The notes under the pieces are model-generated. The model saw only the letters and a program-made list of their open reading frames with translations, was not told the DNA's origin and searched no databases. Below, piece by piece: positions 1-14,574 of a stretch of 64,000 bases of DNA. This stretch comes from the human T2T-CHM13v2.0 reference genome, Homo sapiens: assembly GCF_009914755.1 (NCBI RefSeq), contig NC_060925.1; one strand, written 5' to 3'. How positions within the stretch are numbered: the stretch's first letter is position 1; every line of letters starts with the position of its first letter. The translations under genes were made by a program, and so were the position numbers.

Positions 1-1276
1 GTTTTTTCCTTATTTTGTGGACAGGGCCTGAAACAGTACAGTTTAAATCTGTAAGAATGTATTAATTTTGTAAGTACAAGACATAACAAAAGATTCTCAC
101 TGTAGAAAATTGGAAAGTAGAGAAAAGCACAAAGAAGAAACAGAAATTGGGCATAACCTTCCCCTCTTCAGATAACCATTGTTAACGTTTGGCAGATCTT
201 CCTGTCTCTCTTGGTGTGGATATGCGTATTTCTTTCCTTATTTTACAGTTCATTCACATATATATATATTTATTTACATTTTATACAGGATTGATAATAT
301 AGTGTGTATATTGTTTGCAACCTGTCTTGCCTTATGATACGGTGAGCATGTATCCATGCCACTAACTAGTCAATATTATGTTTAATGGCTATTTAATATG
401 TGGATGGGCCGTAAGTTATCAATCAAGTCCATATTGATCTGTAAGGTTTCTCAAGCCTGAGTTTTCTTTTCATTAAGATTTGTTTGAAAGTTTTTTTAAA
501 ATCGTGGGTTTTAAAGTTCTGTAATCTTTTGAGATTACAGTGAAAAATATAAATTCTGCTTTTTAGCATCTAAATAAGCATTTTTCTTGCGGGTGCAGTC
601 ATAAGAAGTAACACTCAATTTCAGCTTCCTTTCTTCCGTTCTTGGCTGTGGCTGTGCAGTTATGTACATATATCTGCGCCTATTCTTTTGATGATTATTT
701 TACGTTAGATGTTTATTTATTCATGAGACTGTTTCTTTAAGCAGCCTGTTTCTTTTCAAGTTCCAAACCTGATTTACAAACCCTTTTTAAGTCCTGTTAA
801 ATCATAGACTTTCCAGGATGGAAAGCACCTTAGGTTATTTACTATTTTCATGTCTTCTGAGTAGCTTTTCATGTTATTTTTAATACTCATGCAGAAAAAA
901 AACCAAAACAGCGGACTTCTACTAGAAAACTCCATAATGGGGAGTGGAAGAGGAGGAGGTTGATGGTTGGGGGAAAATCGTCAAACTTGCATGACGATGG
1001 GTAGCTAAGGGAGTTTCCAGATGATGAGGGACATCACCTGACTGTCCTTACCACAGATAACTGCCGCCCTGTGTCTAGGGCTTCACGCTTTGTGCGCTGA
1101 GCACCAGCTATGCTGTCACCTATGGTTACAACATTTGGTTAGAGGCCTGGGGTGGTGGTCCATCTCTCTCTTTTTGAAGCTACAAGTTTCTAGTTAGAGC
1201 TATAAAAACCACCTTTATGGAGTGTCTGAAAGCTGTGGACTCCATTACTGAAAACAATACTTAGCTTCCATTAAAG

Positions 1277-1466
1277 CAGAGTTTCTCAACCTCTGCACTT
1301 ACTGACATTTGGGTGAGAGAATTCTCTGTTGTGGAGGACGATCCTGTACACTGTAGGATGTTCAGCAGCATCCCTGTCCTCTATCAGGGAGATGCCAGTA
1401 GCACCTCCTTCCAGTGTGACAGCCAGTAAAATCTCCAGACATTTCCAAATAGCACTTGAACCGCTG
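1277..1466 (-). mobile_element. MER20 (hAT-Charlie) fossil
   Basis: cagagtttctcaacct...gtaggatgttcagcagcatccctg...gatgccagtagcac...gaaccgctg resembles the reverse of the MER20 consensus, with terminal inverted ends. Confidence 0.8.
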
Positions 1467-3699
1467 CAGTGAAGGAAGGCTCATCTAACTGTATGGTTGA
1501 ATTATTGAAACAGATTATTGAATCTCTTTAAGAACTGTAAGGATAGACTAGATGGTTTACACCTTGAAGCCAAGAAGTGGACTTCAGGTCTGTCCACGTT
1601 CCTTTCCACCTTTGGTTTTGTGACTTTATTGAATGGTCAGTTTCAGCACTTTTGCTTCGGCATCAGTTTTGTGGCATGAGGTAAAACAATGTGAGGTATC
1701 CTGGAGATCATAAAGGAGTTTTCATGACGTGGAATCAGCATTCTTAGTATGCAGATTAAATTATGAAATTTGAATAAATTTGCATAGAGTTGATGCGTGG
1801 TAAATAATTTAAGCATATAGACCATTATGCTGAACAGCGCAGAAACAACTGTCTTCTAGAAAAGCAACTTGGTCCAGCAACCCCTTGAAGATTGATGGTA
1901 GAGGCTATGCTGTAGTTTTTCCGAAACCTGTTTTTTTGAAAACAACCAATTTGAGGTTATGCACAGAAATGGTGAGTTTGCCCTGAGGCAATAAGGCTTA
2001 CTTTTGAAGTGCTTACCTAACTTTAACTTAATACATTATAATTTAAAGATAGTTCATTGATCTTTGTGGAAAACATGCAGCATTAATGCAGCTTTCCTCT
2101 AGGGGGAAAAGTATAAGTTGCCAAATCCTTATTTGTAATCTTTCTAAGTGTAGATAGTATTGATTGAATTTTTATTGTGGCATACGTAATCTTTAGTCGG
2201 AATGTATTGATAAATAAAACGTGAAAAGAGATGTGCTTTTGGAGCTACATTTGGTAGGGGTGGTTTTCTGAATTACAGAACATCTGTATAATTTCACTGG
2301 AATGAATGCATGTGTCGTTTAAATATTCTTTCTTAAAGAGAATGCCTTTCATTCCCCACCCCCACCTTCCTGAGGCATGAATTAGAGTTATTGTATGTAG
2401 TAAATCTGGCTCATTTGGAATGAAATATGCTTACAGTATTTTTCTTAGTACTGTATAGTATTTATTCTTAGAGTCTTGGTTCATGTCATGCCTATACTGT
2501 GTTTTCATTTATTAGTCCTTTGGAACATGCAATAAAGGAGATTTTACTGAATACTTATTATTTTCCAGCCATTTTGGTGAAAAGAATATTTTGTAGCTCT
2601 TGCAATAAATCATACTCTGGGTTTTGCTTTGAAAGAGCTGAATTACTTCTTGGCACAGCTTGTCTGAAATATGTAAAGCTAAGTGCAAGTGTTAGTTTGA
2701 TTATAGGGGGCAGTCTGTCTGGAAATTGGTAAAACCCACACATTTTATATGTGCTTATATGTAGTTCTATTAAGACCTATGTTAAACTCTGGTGGGATAA
2801 TTCCGTGGCACTTTCACATAATTTAAATTATGCCATGTAAGAGTCACTAAACCCTTATATACTTCAGTATGAATCCTGTACATTGCCCAAGACCTTGTTA
2901 AGAGAATGTAAATTAAATATAAATTGGAGTATCAGTGTAAAAGTGACATTCTAAATGTTCCTCACTCTGCGAGGCTTATTTTTTAGGGACTTTGCTATAA
3001 TTCTGAAAGACTTAGTTTTACAGTACATCTGAAAGTAGGAGTTTTCAGAAGTATGGCTCTTGGGATAAATTTAGATTCTTAATTGTGAAGCTCTGTTACC
3101 ACTTGTTAGAAGGCAGGTCAGCTCACCTGCTTGGGGAGGTAAATATATGAATGCACTCTCGAGTAATTTAATGGAGCCCTACCTCAATGTACAGAATGAC
3201 AGTATCACAGATCAAGAATGGAGTACGAGTGATTTTCGGCTATGGTGGGGGTAGGTAGGTCACTTGTCCCCTGTTGTCTCTTACTATTTGTAAAGTGAAG
3301 ACTATGATTAGTCTTTTTCATCGGGATGGTTTGAGATGAATACAGAATAGGCAGGCAATTTGGATACTTTAGGCTTTTCAAGAACATTAGTAACATTTTT
3401 TCTTAGATATTTCTCCTAATACAATGAGTGTTGTGAAATAACATGGCAGTTATTGTTGAGAGAAAAGCCTTCCCAGTTATGTATTGAGTCCTTAGGCGTT
3501 TTGACCTTCCCTCCACTCTTACAGAACTTGGTGGAAGGGGCCACTATGTTTTCTACCTCCTTCCGTGCCTTTCACAAAGCCACATCCTGCACCGTCTACC
3601 CTTCTCTGTGGATATTTTTCCGCTTGGCAATTTCCTTTCCTGAGGCACCCACTTGGGACATCTGAATCTCCATCTCCATGTTGATGGCCCGTTTGTGCT

Positions 3700-4520
<821 letters not shown>

Positions 4521-7500
4521 GTGATCATAGGCTCTGCTTCTCAGTCATTCTTCTTCCATCTTTCTCCACAGACCTTTTGGAATAGGGTGTGGAATAGGAT
4601 TAGCAACTCCTCACACGGTATCTGAGAACTCTACCACAAGGTCAAGTTTAGATTTAACCTGGAACTAAGAGCCCCCAAGAACTGCCCATCTGTTCTGTCC
4701 TTGCTCTGCACTGAGGCTCACTTGAGTTGCACTGTTTTGCAGACTAAAGCAGACAAACATCAAAAGACAGTCTTTCATCTTTTTTTTTTTAAATCATAAA
4801 TGGTTAGGCATTTCTCTTTACCTTGAAACAAGAACTAATGATTTATTTTGAGGAAATATACATTTTTTTTCCAAAAAAAGCTTGCATGTATGTAGTTTTA
4901 AGGGCCTCTTAAACTGTAGAATAGTGTACGCACTTTGCAAACAGTAGGCATTGCCATTATTTTTAAATGTTTGTGAGAAGTAGTAACATATTTAGAGAAT
5001 AAATCCCAAATCTCAAATTATTTAAAATAGAAGAGTCACTTTCTACCAAAACTAAAAAAAAAAAAACTTAATAAAATCTTCGGAGAAGACCTATAGAATC
5101 TTGTAGTAATATAAGTGTGCCTGACACCGTAGCAAAAGAGTTTAAGTTGTCATTTTATCTATTATGACTTCCAGTTTTGCTTTAGGTTGTTCACCTGTGA
5201 ATTCAGGAAGCCTCCCCACCATTTATGTGCAGGTTGTATGGAAAATGAAAAGAGCTTCGAGCAGCTCCTTGTAAGATGCCTCTGTTGCTCAGAGAGTCTT
5301 CATGTGAGACATGAAGACTTTGGTGCCAGGACCACTACCCTGCCCGTGCTGCTGTAGTGTTCTTCCGCTTTTCAGGAAATTCACAAATCTTTTGCAGGAT
5401 TCCTAGACATCTCTTAATTTTAAAAGTAACATCTGCATTGGCAACTCCAGTGGAAAAATAGTACACAGGGGTCAACTGAGGATTCATTTTGTTTTGGGAA
5501 TTGTGAAATGAGCTATCATATGGCATCTTGCTTTAGAAATTTTGTCTGAGTTAGAAGCTTGGCATTTGAGCCTTAGTCAAGAATTGATTTAATTTTCCTT
5601 TTATAAGTTAAAGTTTTTATACATCTAATGTAGGGAAAATGTCAGAAAAGAATCTTTCATGGAAACTTCTGTTACTTTAATACTGTTTTGCAGGAGGTAA
5701 TAATGGCCTTGAATCTGAAGCATAGTTCTCATCAGAGAGCAAGCACTGATTGGAAAACTCTTGTATTCTGACCTGCCCCCAGATTTTTACATTTGTATTT
5801 CTTGGCAATTAGTCTTAAAAATAAGGAAAGGAAATTAACATTTTAATTCAAGAGTCCTTTGATTGGATGGAGTTACTTCATGCAGGAAAATTGACAATAA
5901 TTCTTTTTTTTTTTTTTTGTACTGTTGGAGGGGAGGAATATCCTATAGTGAGAGCTAAGATAATATGTTTTAATTTCTTTAGAGAAACTGGGTAGTTTTA
6001 ATAAGGGGGTTGCAGGGAATTATTGTAGGAACCCTAAACAAAGCTTGAGATTTGTGATGTAATAAATTACATGTTCAGTGGAATATGACTTAGGTGTATA
6101 AATTTAATCAAAAGTATGAGGGAGAGCATATATTAATAGCTGTCAATAACAGCAATCAATAATAAAGAATAAATAATCCGCAACTGCCATACGTTTACTT
6201 CTGAGCTGGCACATTATTAATGGATGCTTGGAGCAGTAGATTTTGAAAATTTCCCCTTTAATCTTTTTTTTTTTTCTTCCCAAGTAAAGGAAGAGTTATT
6301 CTGACAGGGAAAGAACCCTGGAATGCCACAATCTAAATGCGGATTTATAGTCCTTTCCTAGCATATCAGCAGGTCCCTTATTTGCCATTTTGATATGGTG
6401 TTATTTAATTGCTCTAGGCCCATTGGAGCCGGAGGGCTGTTGACCTCAGAGCTCTATAAACTTAAATATATCAAACAAAAGCTTGAATCAGTCTCATTTT
6501 CTCACTGGAGCTCTGCAGCTCCAAAGCCACTGAGAACAGCAGACCCTTGGTTTTTCTAATCTGTTACATGGAAACTGTGTTATTAGTATCAGATCGTCCC
6601 ACCTGGAGTAAACTCGATACACTCCACTTCGCTATTTAGGTTTCTCTGCTCTATGCATTCGGGGAGTCAGGGCCTGCGATAGTTGTCTGTCTGTCGTGTT
6701 CTAGGCCTCACTGAGGAAACTGATCATTGAAATGGGAGAAATTACTGGTTTATTTGTGAACATTCTATTCTTGTATCTCTTATATATTTGTAGGTAGGGA
6801 AATTGCTGTATATGATATACTCTGTGTTAAACATTGTCTTTTGGTATTGGGAGAAATCCTTCGGTGGGTGAGAGGCGTGAGTGGTTTCAAGCAGAAGGAA
6901 TTTATTGCCTCTGGTTCAGCAGCTTGCCACACCTTTCCTGTCTGCGCAGTCTCTCTCCACACACATAGAATCTCCTTATTCTTAACGTATCAGGTTTGAT
7001 TTTTCACTTTATTTAATTTGGTAATATAGTCTGCACTTTAATACCAAGGTTGGGGCTGTATTTTTTTAGTACGAAGCTAGATGATTACTCTTGTGAAATT
7101 GTATTATTTTAGAAAAGGAAAACTGATGAATTTTCATTTAGCAAATTCCTGGGCAGATTCAATATCTGTGCTTTTGTTTAGTCTAACAAGTGGATACTAC
7201 ATGTTTTCATATTGACATCTGAAGTTTACAGTTTTTTTTTTTTTTACCCAAAGTATTTTTATTGCTATATTAGCAGTGGGTTTTTTGGATATGTTTTTAA
7301 GGGCCACATAAAAATAGATTCAAGGAACAAATTAAATTGAAGTCCTAGATTTAAATGTTTGGTTTAAAGAATTTTCTACAACAAATTTCAACAGATTCTA
7401 ATCGTGGAGTCTTTCTGAAGAAAAAAAGTTCACAGATTGTAATTTAGGAATTGTGCGTGGTAGTTTTCTATGACAATGAATACCTTAATAGCATTTTAAA

Positions 7501-8886
7501 ATCAATAAAAACTGTTTTTGAGAAGTTGGCATATTTCAGACATTTTTATTATTTTTCTAGAAGTTTCAGGATTGCAAGAATCTTTTGGTCAGAGTAAGGT
7601 CAGTGTTAGACGACACTACAAATCTAGTCTGCTAAAAGCTGCATCATCTCTGTATTTGCTACAGTATTTATTTGCCTTGAGAACTACTTTCTGTGGTGAT
7701 TAGCTTTAGAATTTTTTTTGTGTTGGCCATGAACTTTCTAAGACTCCTTTCCCAAAATGGCAACTGTTTTTCTTGTGTCTAGTCCATGTTTTCATTCTGG
7801 TCTTTTAAATTTGATAAAAACGTATTCTCTTACTTATTTCTGTTTTACTCTTTATCCATAAACTTCCTGAATCATGAAAGTTAAAGTTTTTTCTGATTCT
7901 TGATGTCACAATGTAGAATTTTTTGTAACTTAAAATAATTATAAAATAGTATAAGTGACCTCTATGTGTCTATTGCAAAGTTAATTATTTTCCAGTTACT
8001 CCTCCCTCCCTGCCAGAGATCTAAAGTGATCCTAAAGAAAATTGTAAAAAATAATATCAGTGATTTAGAGGTGAATGTACAAATCAAATATGTATTTTCC
8101 CAATTCTGTCCCTTGCCCCACAGATGTAAACTAATCTTTAAAAAAATCTGTTCTCCTACTTTGCCTTTCATATAGATTTGTAGATTTTTACAAGTCCGTA
8201 AAGGGCAGATATGAAGACAGTTTAAGTGTTACATGCATTACATTAATGCTAGTTTGTGTCTTTGTTTAGATAAACCTGCTTTATTTCAGAGGATTGGTAA
8301 TAGAGGGTGCTGGGGCTGCAGGGCTGGTATGACCCAGGGAAAGGGCTGTCCCACATGTCTCTAGATTTTCTGGTCTCTGGACTTCCGTGTCAGAAGACAG
8401 CAGCTTAACAGTTGTTGAGGTTGTGTTGACACTTTATGGGACTAGTGTCTTAGTAATGACTCAAATTATTTTATTGTGGTTATATTGATACTGATCATTA
8501 ATCATCAAATCATCTTTATGCTATTAATAAATGTTTCTAAGACTGATTTGTCTAGAACTTGAAAGCAATATCTTGAAAAGTTAAGTGCATATACTCATGT
8601 TATTAAAAATGTTAGATATGTAAAATAGAGATCAAGCTCTTATTTTCTAAGAGTGCATGCTCTTCTGGGACTGATAAATATTAAGGTGGGATAGAAGGGA
8701 TATGTTAGACTTATTCGAGGGGTGCTGTACAAATATTCAAGAAGGTTTGATTAGGCGTGGAAATGCAGAAAAGAAACTAAGGCATAAGCCAAGGTCAGAG
8801 AAGTCCTAGGGATTTAAAGATTTTCAGTATCTGCTGTTAGCAAAGCAGAGGCACTTAATTGTTTAGCACTTCAAAAAAGAGCATTT

Positions 8887-9207
<321 letters not shown>

Positions 9208-9511
9208 TCAGTGATACGCTTGGAAAGATTTTTCTCTGCCTCTGCACTGCTGGATTGATCATTCCGTTTCACACGTTTGATAAAACCTTGGCCTGGAGAT
9301 ACCATGTATTAGTTAAATGGGTGTGTAAAGACAGGACTGTTGAAGTCAACACTGAATATGAAGGTTATGTAGGATTGCCATGGCACTTCCACGGGGGTTT
9401 TGAGCAGTGCTGGAGGAATCTTAAGGAAGTTATTCCAAACATTTTTAGATGCTGTAGTTGCTTTAGAATACATTATTATCCTATTGCAGCTCGTCACATG
9501 GTTACCACATT

Positions 9512-9693
9512 CAGAGGTTCTCAGTTGGAAGGGCATTTGAGAATGTGTGTACGTATTTTCGATTGTCAAAATGATTGGAGGCACTGCCAGTGTTGATTGC
9601 TCAAAGCAATGTTAAGTGCCCATAAGGAAAGGGACAGTCTTGCTCAAGGAGTTGGCCAGTCCAAAATGCAGGGTTCCTCTGTTGAGAGACTCC
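9512..9693 (+). mobile_element. MER20/MER20B-like hAT fossil
   Basis: cagaggttctcag...gggcatttgagaatg...ttgtca...gggacagtc...ccaaaatg...gttgagagactc. Confidence 0.55.
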
Positions 9694-10109
9694 GCCCAGG
9701 TCTTACTTCTTTTCCTTTTACACCCCTTGTTTTTGATATAGTTGAATAAAGAATTAAGTTTTTAAAATAACATTTGAGAATTCACTGTCAGATTTACAGT
9801 GCTTTTGTTGTTGTACAATATTTTATGTATATAGCTTGACAATTTTGTGAGTCCAAGAGGGAGAGAGGAAAAAATGAGAGTCTGGTTTTTAGCAATTAGG
9901 ATTTGGAAGTAATAGGGAGGAGGCTCTCCCCACACAGATATATAGTGAATCTTTAAGAAAAAGATGTTATGATCTTTCTTTTCTCTGGAAAGAAATAAGT
10001 GCATTCTCATTTGGACAGAGAGGAAACAGGTAGTGTAGAAAGAGAAGATTATTAATTATGTAGCAGTCTGAATTTTATTCTAACCTTTTTTTATTAAGAA
10101 AAAGATGAT

Positions 10110-10325
10110 AGCCTGGGTAACAAGGTGAGACTCCATCTCTACCCAAAAAAAAAAAAAAAAAAAAATTAGCCAGGCATGGTGGCGCGAGCCTGTAGTCTTA
10201 GTTATTTAGGAGGCTGAGGTGGGAGGATCACTTGAGCCCAGGAGTTCGAGGCTGCAGTGAGCTATGATTGTGCCATTGCAGTCCAGCCTGGGTGAGAGAG
10301 TACTACACCATCTCCAGAAAAAAAG
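10110..10325 (+). mobile_element. 5'-truncated AluJ with expanded middle A-tract
   Basis: J-type right arm (gggaggatcacttgagcccaggagttcgaggctgcagtgagctatg). Confidence 0.9.
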
Positions 10326-10539
10326 AAGAACATGAGATTCCTTGAGATAATCAAATAATGCAATGTTTTAAGTACTATTGTAATTATTCAATATCAGATG
10401 TTAGGATATCTCAGTTGTCTGAATTGTGCCTACAAGCTAGCAATGACAAAAGGTGAGGAAAAGAAAAGAAGTGTTAAATAAAGAGGGAAAACATGAAAAG
10501 CAGATGGTAAGAAGAAGGCAGCATCTCAGAAAACAGCAG

Positions 10540-11420
10540 CTTCATCCTCCCATGCCCTCAGGACCAAAACCTCAGTGCCATCCCTGACTGACTTTCTTTC
10601 TTTCATGCCTAAGATCTAAAACTGCAGCACATTTTGGGTGCTCGAGACCATCATGGCCAACATGGTGAAACTCCGTCTCTACTAAAAATACAAAAATATT
10701 GGCTGGCCTTGGTGGCACGTGCCTGTAGTACTAGCTACTCAGGAGGCTGAGGCAGGAGAATTGCTTGAACCCTGGAAGGAGGTGGGGGCTGCAGTGAGCC
10801 AAGATCACACCACTGCACTCTAGCCTGGCGACAGAGCGAGACTCCGTCTCAAAAAACAAACAAAAAAAAGAAATAAAATCTATCCATCCATCCGTCCGTC
10901 TGTCCGTCCAGGATCCAGTTACTTTTCACATCTCTTCTACTGGCTGAGCCATGCCCCCATTGTCTCTTGGTTAGACTGGGCATCAGCCTCCGACATTGCC
11001 TCTTCATGCGCCCCTCACCGACTCTGCACCAGCCACACCAACATCCTGGCTCCCTCTCTGCTTCCCCAGGCTGCAGCCTTGTGAGGCTTCTCGCTTTTGC
11101 TTCCACCTCCACCTCCATATAACATTTCTCCCCATACTTTCCTGGTTTGAAGCTCGTCCCTTTCCTGGCTTTTATGTAGACTGCTCCTTCTCAATCCTTC
11201 TCTGACCACACTGTTGAATTTGCATAGAGGTAGAGACAGAGATTGTAGTAACTATCTCCCTCTCCATAACTCTTTATTTTTTTCTAAAGCGCTTTCATTT
11301 TCTGGCATGCCACATATTTTACTTATGTATTTACTGTGACTGTCTTCCCCAAAAGGGCAGTGATCTTCCTCCTTTCCACTGCTCAAGGGCAGTGCTTGAC
11401 ACATAGTGGGTGCTCATGGG
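10540..11420 (+). mobile_element. L2 3' region interrupted by an Alu fragment
   Basis: L2-like motifs ending in cagtgcttgacacatagtgggtgctca; boundaries approximate. Confidence 0.6.
10642..10870 (+). mobile_element. Partial AluS (Sc-like)
   Basis: tcgagaccatcatggccaacatggtgaaac through the right arm and an A-rich tail. Confidence 0.9.
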
Positions 11421-11687
11421 GAGGCAGGAGTAAAAAATTGGTGAAATGTAGTTAAGATGCATTAGCAGAAACCAAAATTATGAGACCTTGACCGAATTAT
11501 CTTAAGCTCTTGTTAATTGAGGATACCAGTGCTGTGCTTATTTTGGTGAAGGGGACCTGAGCTGGTTCATTGAAGGCAGCACAGTGCCTGCAAGTCCTTG
11601 GAAGAAGCTTCATAAATGATAGTGATGATGATACCGATGATTCTTGTGAGAGGGAAAAGGCAAACAAAGGGAAATGGTAAAGCATTA

Positions 11688-13200
<1,513 letters not shown>

Positions 13201-13643
13201 TCAACTTTCTAATTCAGGAACTTGAAAAACAGAATAATGTAATGGGGTCTAATGGTGTTTACGTACAACACAGTATTGGTAAAAGAAAAAGACACTTATA
13301 TTGCATAATAAGGTACTCAATAATGCTTTGTATTTCTATTAAGAAAGCTAATTTATTTCTTCTTAGGAATGATGCAGTTCCAAAGCAAAGATTTGATGTC
13401 CTCCTAATGAGTCCGCTTTCAGTTGTAGAGTACAGTGAAGCCCTAGCAAAGAGTAGTAAGAAATCTATTTTACTGGAGATAATAAATCTGACAAGGAAGC
13501 TCTCAGCATAGATTGAAGTTGATTTGGCATAGAGTTGCTTTATAAATAGCCCTTTCAGCAAACTCTACAGTTCTGTATGTGGTTTTAAATCCCTGTAAAT
13601 TTGTAGGCAGGTACATATTACAATTGTCTGTTTTTCTTTTTAG

Positions 13644-13708
13644 GGTTCATGTAATCAAAGAAGTTTCTTTGTTGTGTGTATCTTTACAGAACACAACAGG
13701 AATTGAAA
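13644..13708 (+). other. PRDM2: 5'UTR part of PRDM2 exon 2 (65 nt)
   Basis: Acceptor tttttctttttag|GGTTCA at 13643/13644, contiguous with the start codon at 13709. Confidence 0.85.
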
Positions 13709-13717
13709 ATGAATCAG
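13709..13717 (+). CDS. PRDM2: PRDM2 exon 2 coding part (M-N-Q), RIZ1 start codon
   Basis: gaaaATGAATCAG|gtgagt: A at -3 and a consensus donor; joins in phase 0 to NTTEPV of the next exon. Confidence 0.93.
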
Positions 13718-14085
13718 GTGAGTTTAAAAATCAGAATTTATACAAATACATGACCTAGATGTTAGACCAGCTCTTGATTTTTACAAGATAGTAGCACACA
13801 CATTCATTTCTCCTGGATTCTCATTTTTGTTTCTTAATACCATTAATTAGTTCATTGTGTTCATACCGTGCATTTGTTCGTGCAGTGGAATGTGCATTGT
13901 TTGGGCGTGGGTTGGCGTTTCTGTGGTTCCCTGAGGAGAGGACTCATTCTTAGGGATTTTCATTAAGACTTTCTTTTTGACCTCTCCCTTGCCACACTCT
14001 AGTGTGAGTTTTTTGTGTGTGTTTGTTTTGAAGCTTATTAAGCTTTCATTTTTAGCGTTTTTTATTTTGTGATTATTTGTTGGTT

Positions 14086-14574
14086 AAAAGACACATGCAC
14101 ACGTATGTTTATTGCGGCATTATTCACAATAGCAAAGACTTGGAACCAACCCAAATGTCCAACAATGATAGAACTGGATTAAGAAAATGTGGCACATATA
14201 CACCATGGAATACTATGCAGCCATAAAAAATGATGAGTTCATGTCCTTTGTAGGGACATGGATGAAATTGGAAATCATCATTCTCAGTAAACTATCGCAA
14301 GAACAAAAAACCAAACACCGCATATTCTTATTCATAGGTGGGAATTGAACAATGAGATCACATGGACACAGGAAGGGGAACATCACACTCTGGGGACTGT
14401 TGTGGGGTGGAGGGAGGGGGGAGGGATAGCATTGGGAGATATACCTAATGCTAGATGACGAGTTAGTGGGTGCAGCACACCAGCATGGCACATGTATACG
14501 TATGTAACTAACCTGCACAATGTGCACATGTACCCTAAAACTTAAAGTATAATAATAAAAAAATAAAAAAAAGA
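14086..14574 (+). mobile_element. 5'-truncated young L1 (L1PA2-like): end of ORF2, 3'UTR and poly(A)
   Basis: Near-consensus L1 3' end; GAG at 14460-14462 (not the ACA/ACG of L1HS) and cttaaagtat; G-rich tract; TT/AAAA target with short AAAAGA TSD; 1-bp insertion in gatagaactgg. Confidence 0.95.

Noticed and set aside
14213-14527. 104-aa minus-strand ORF
   Set aside because: Antisense reading of the L1 3' end
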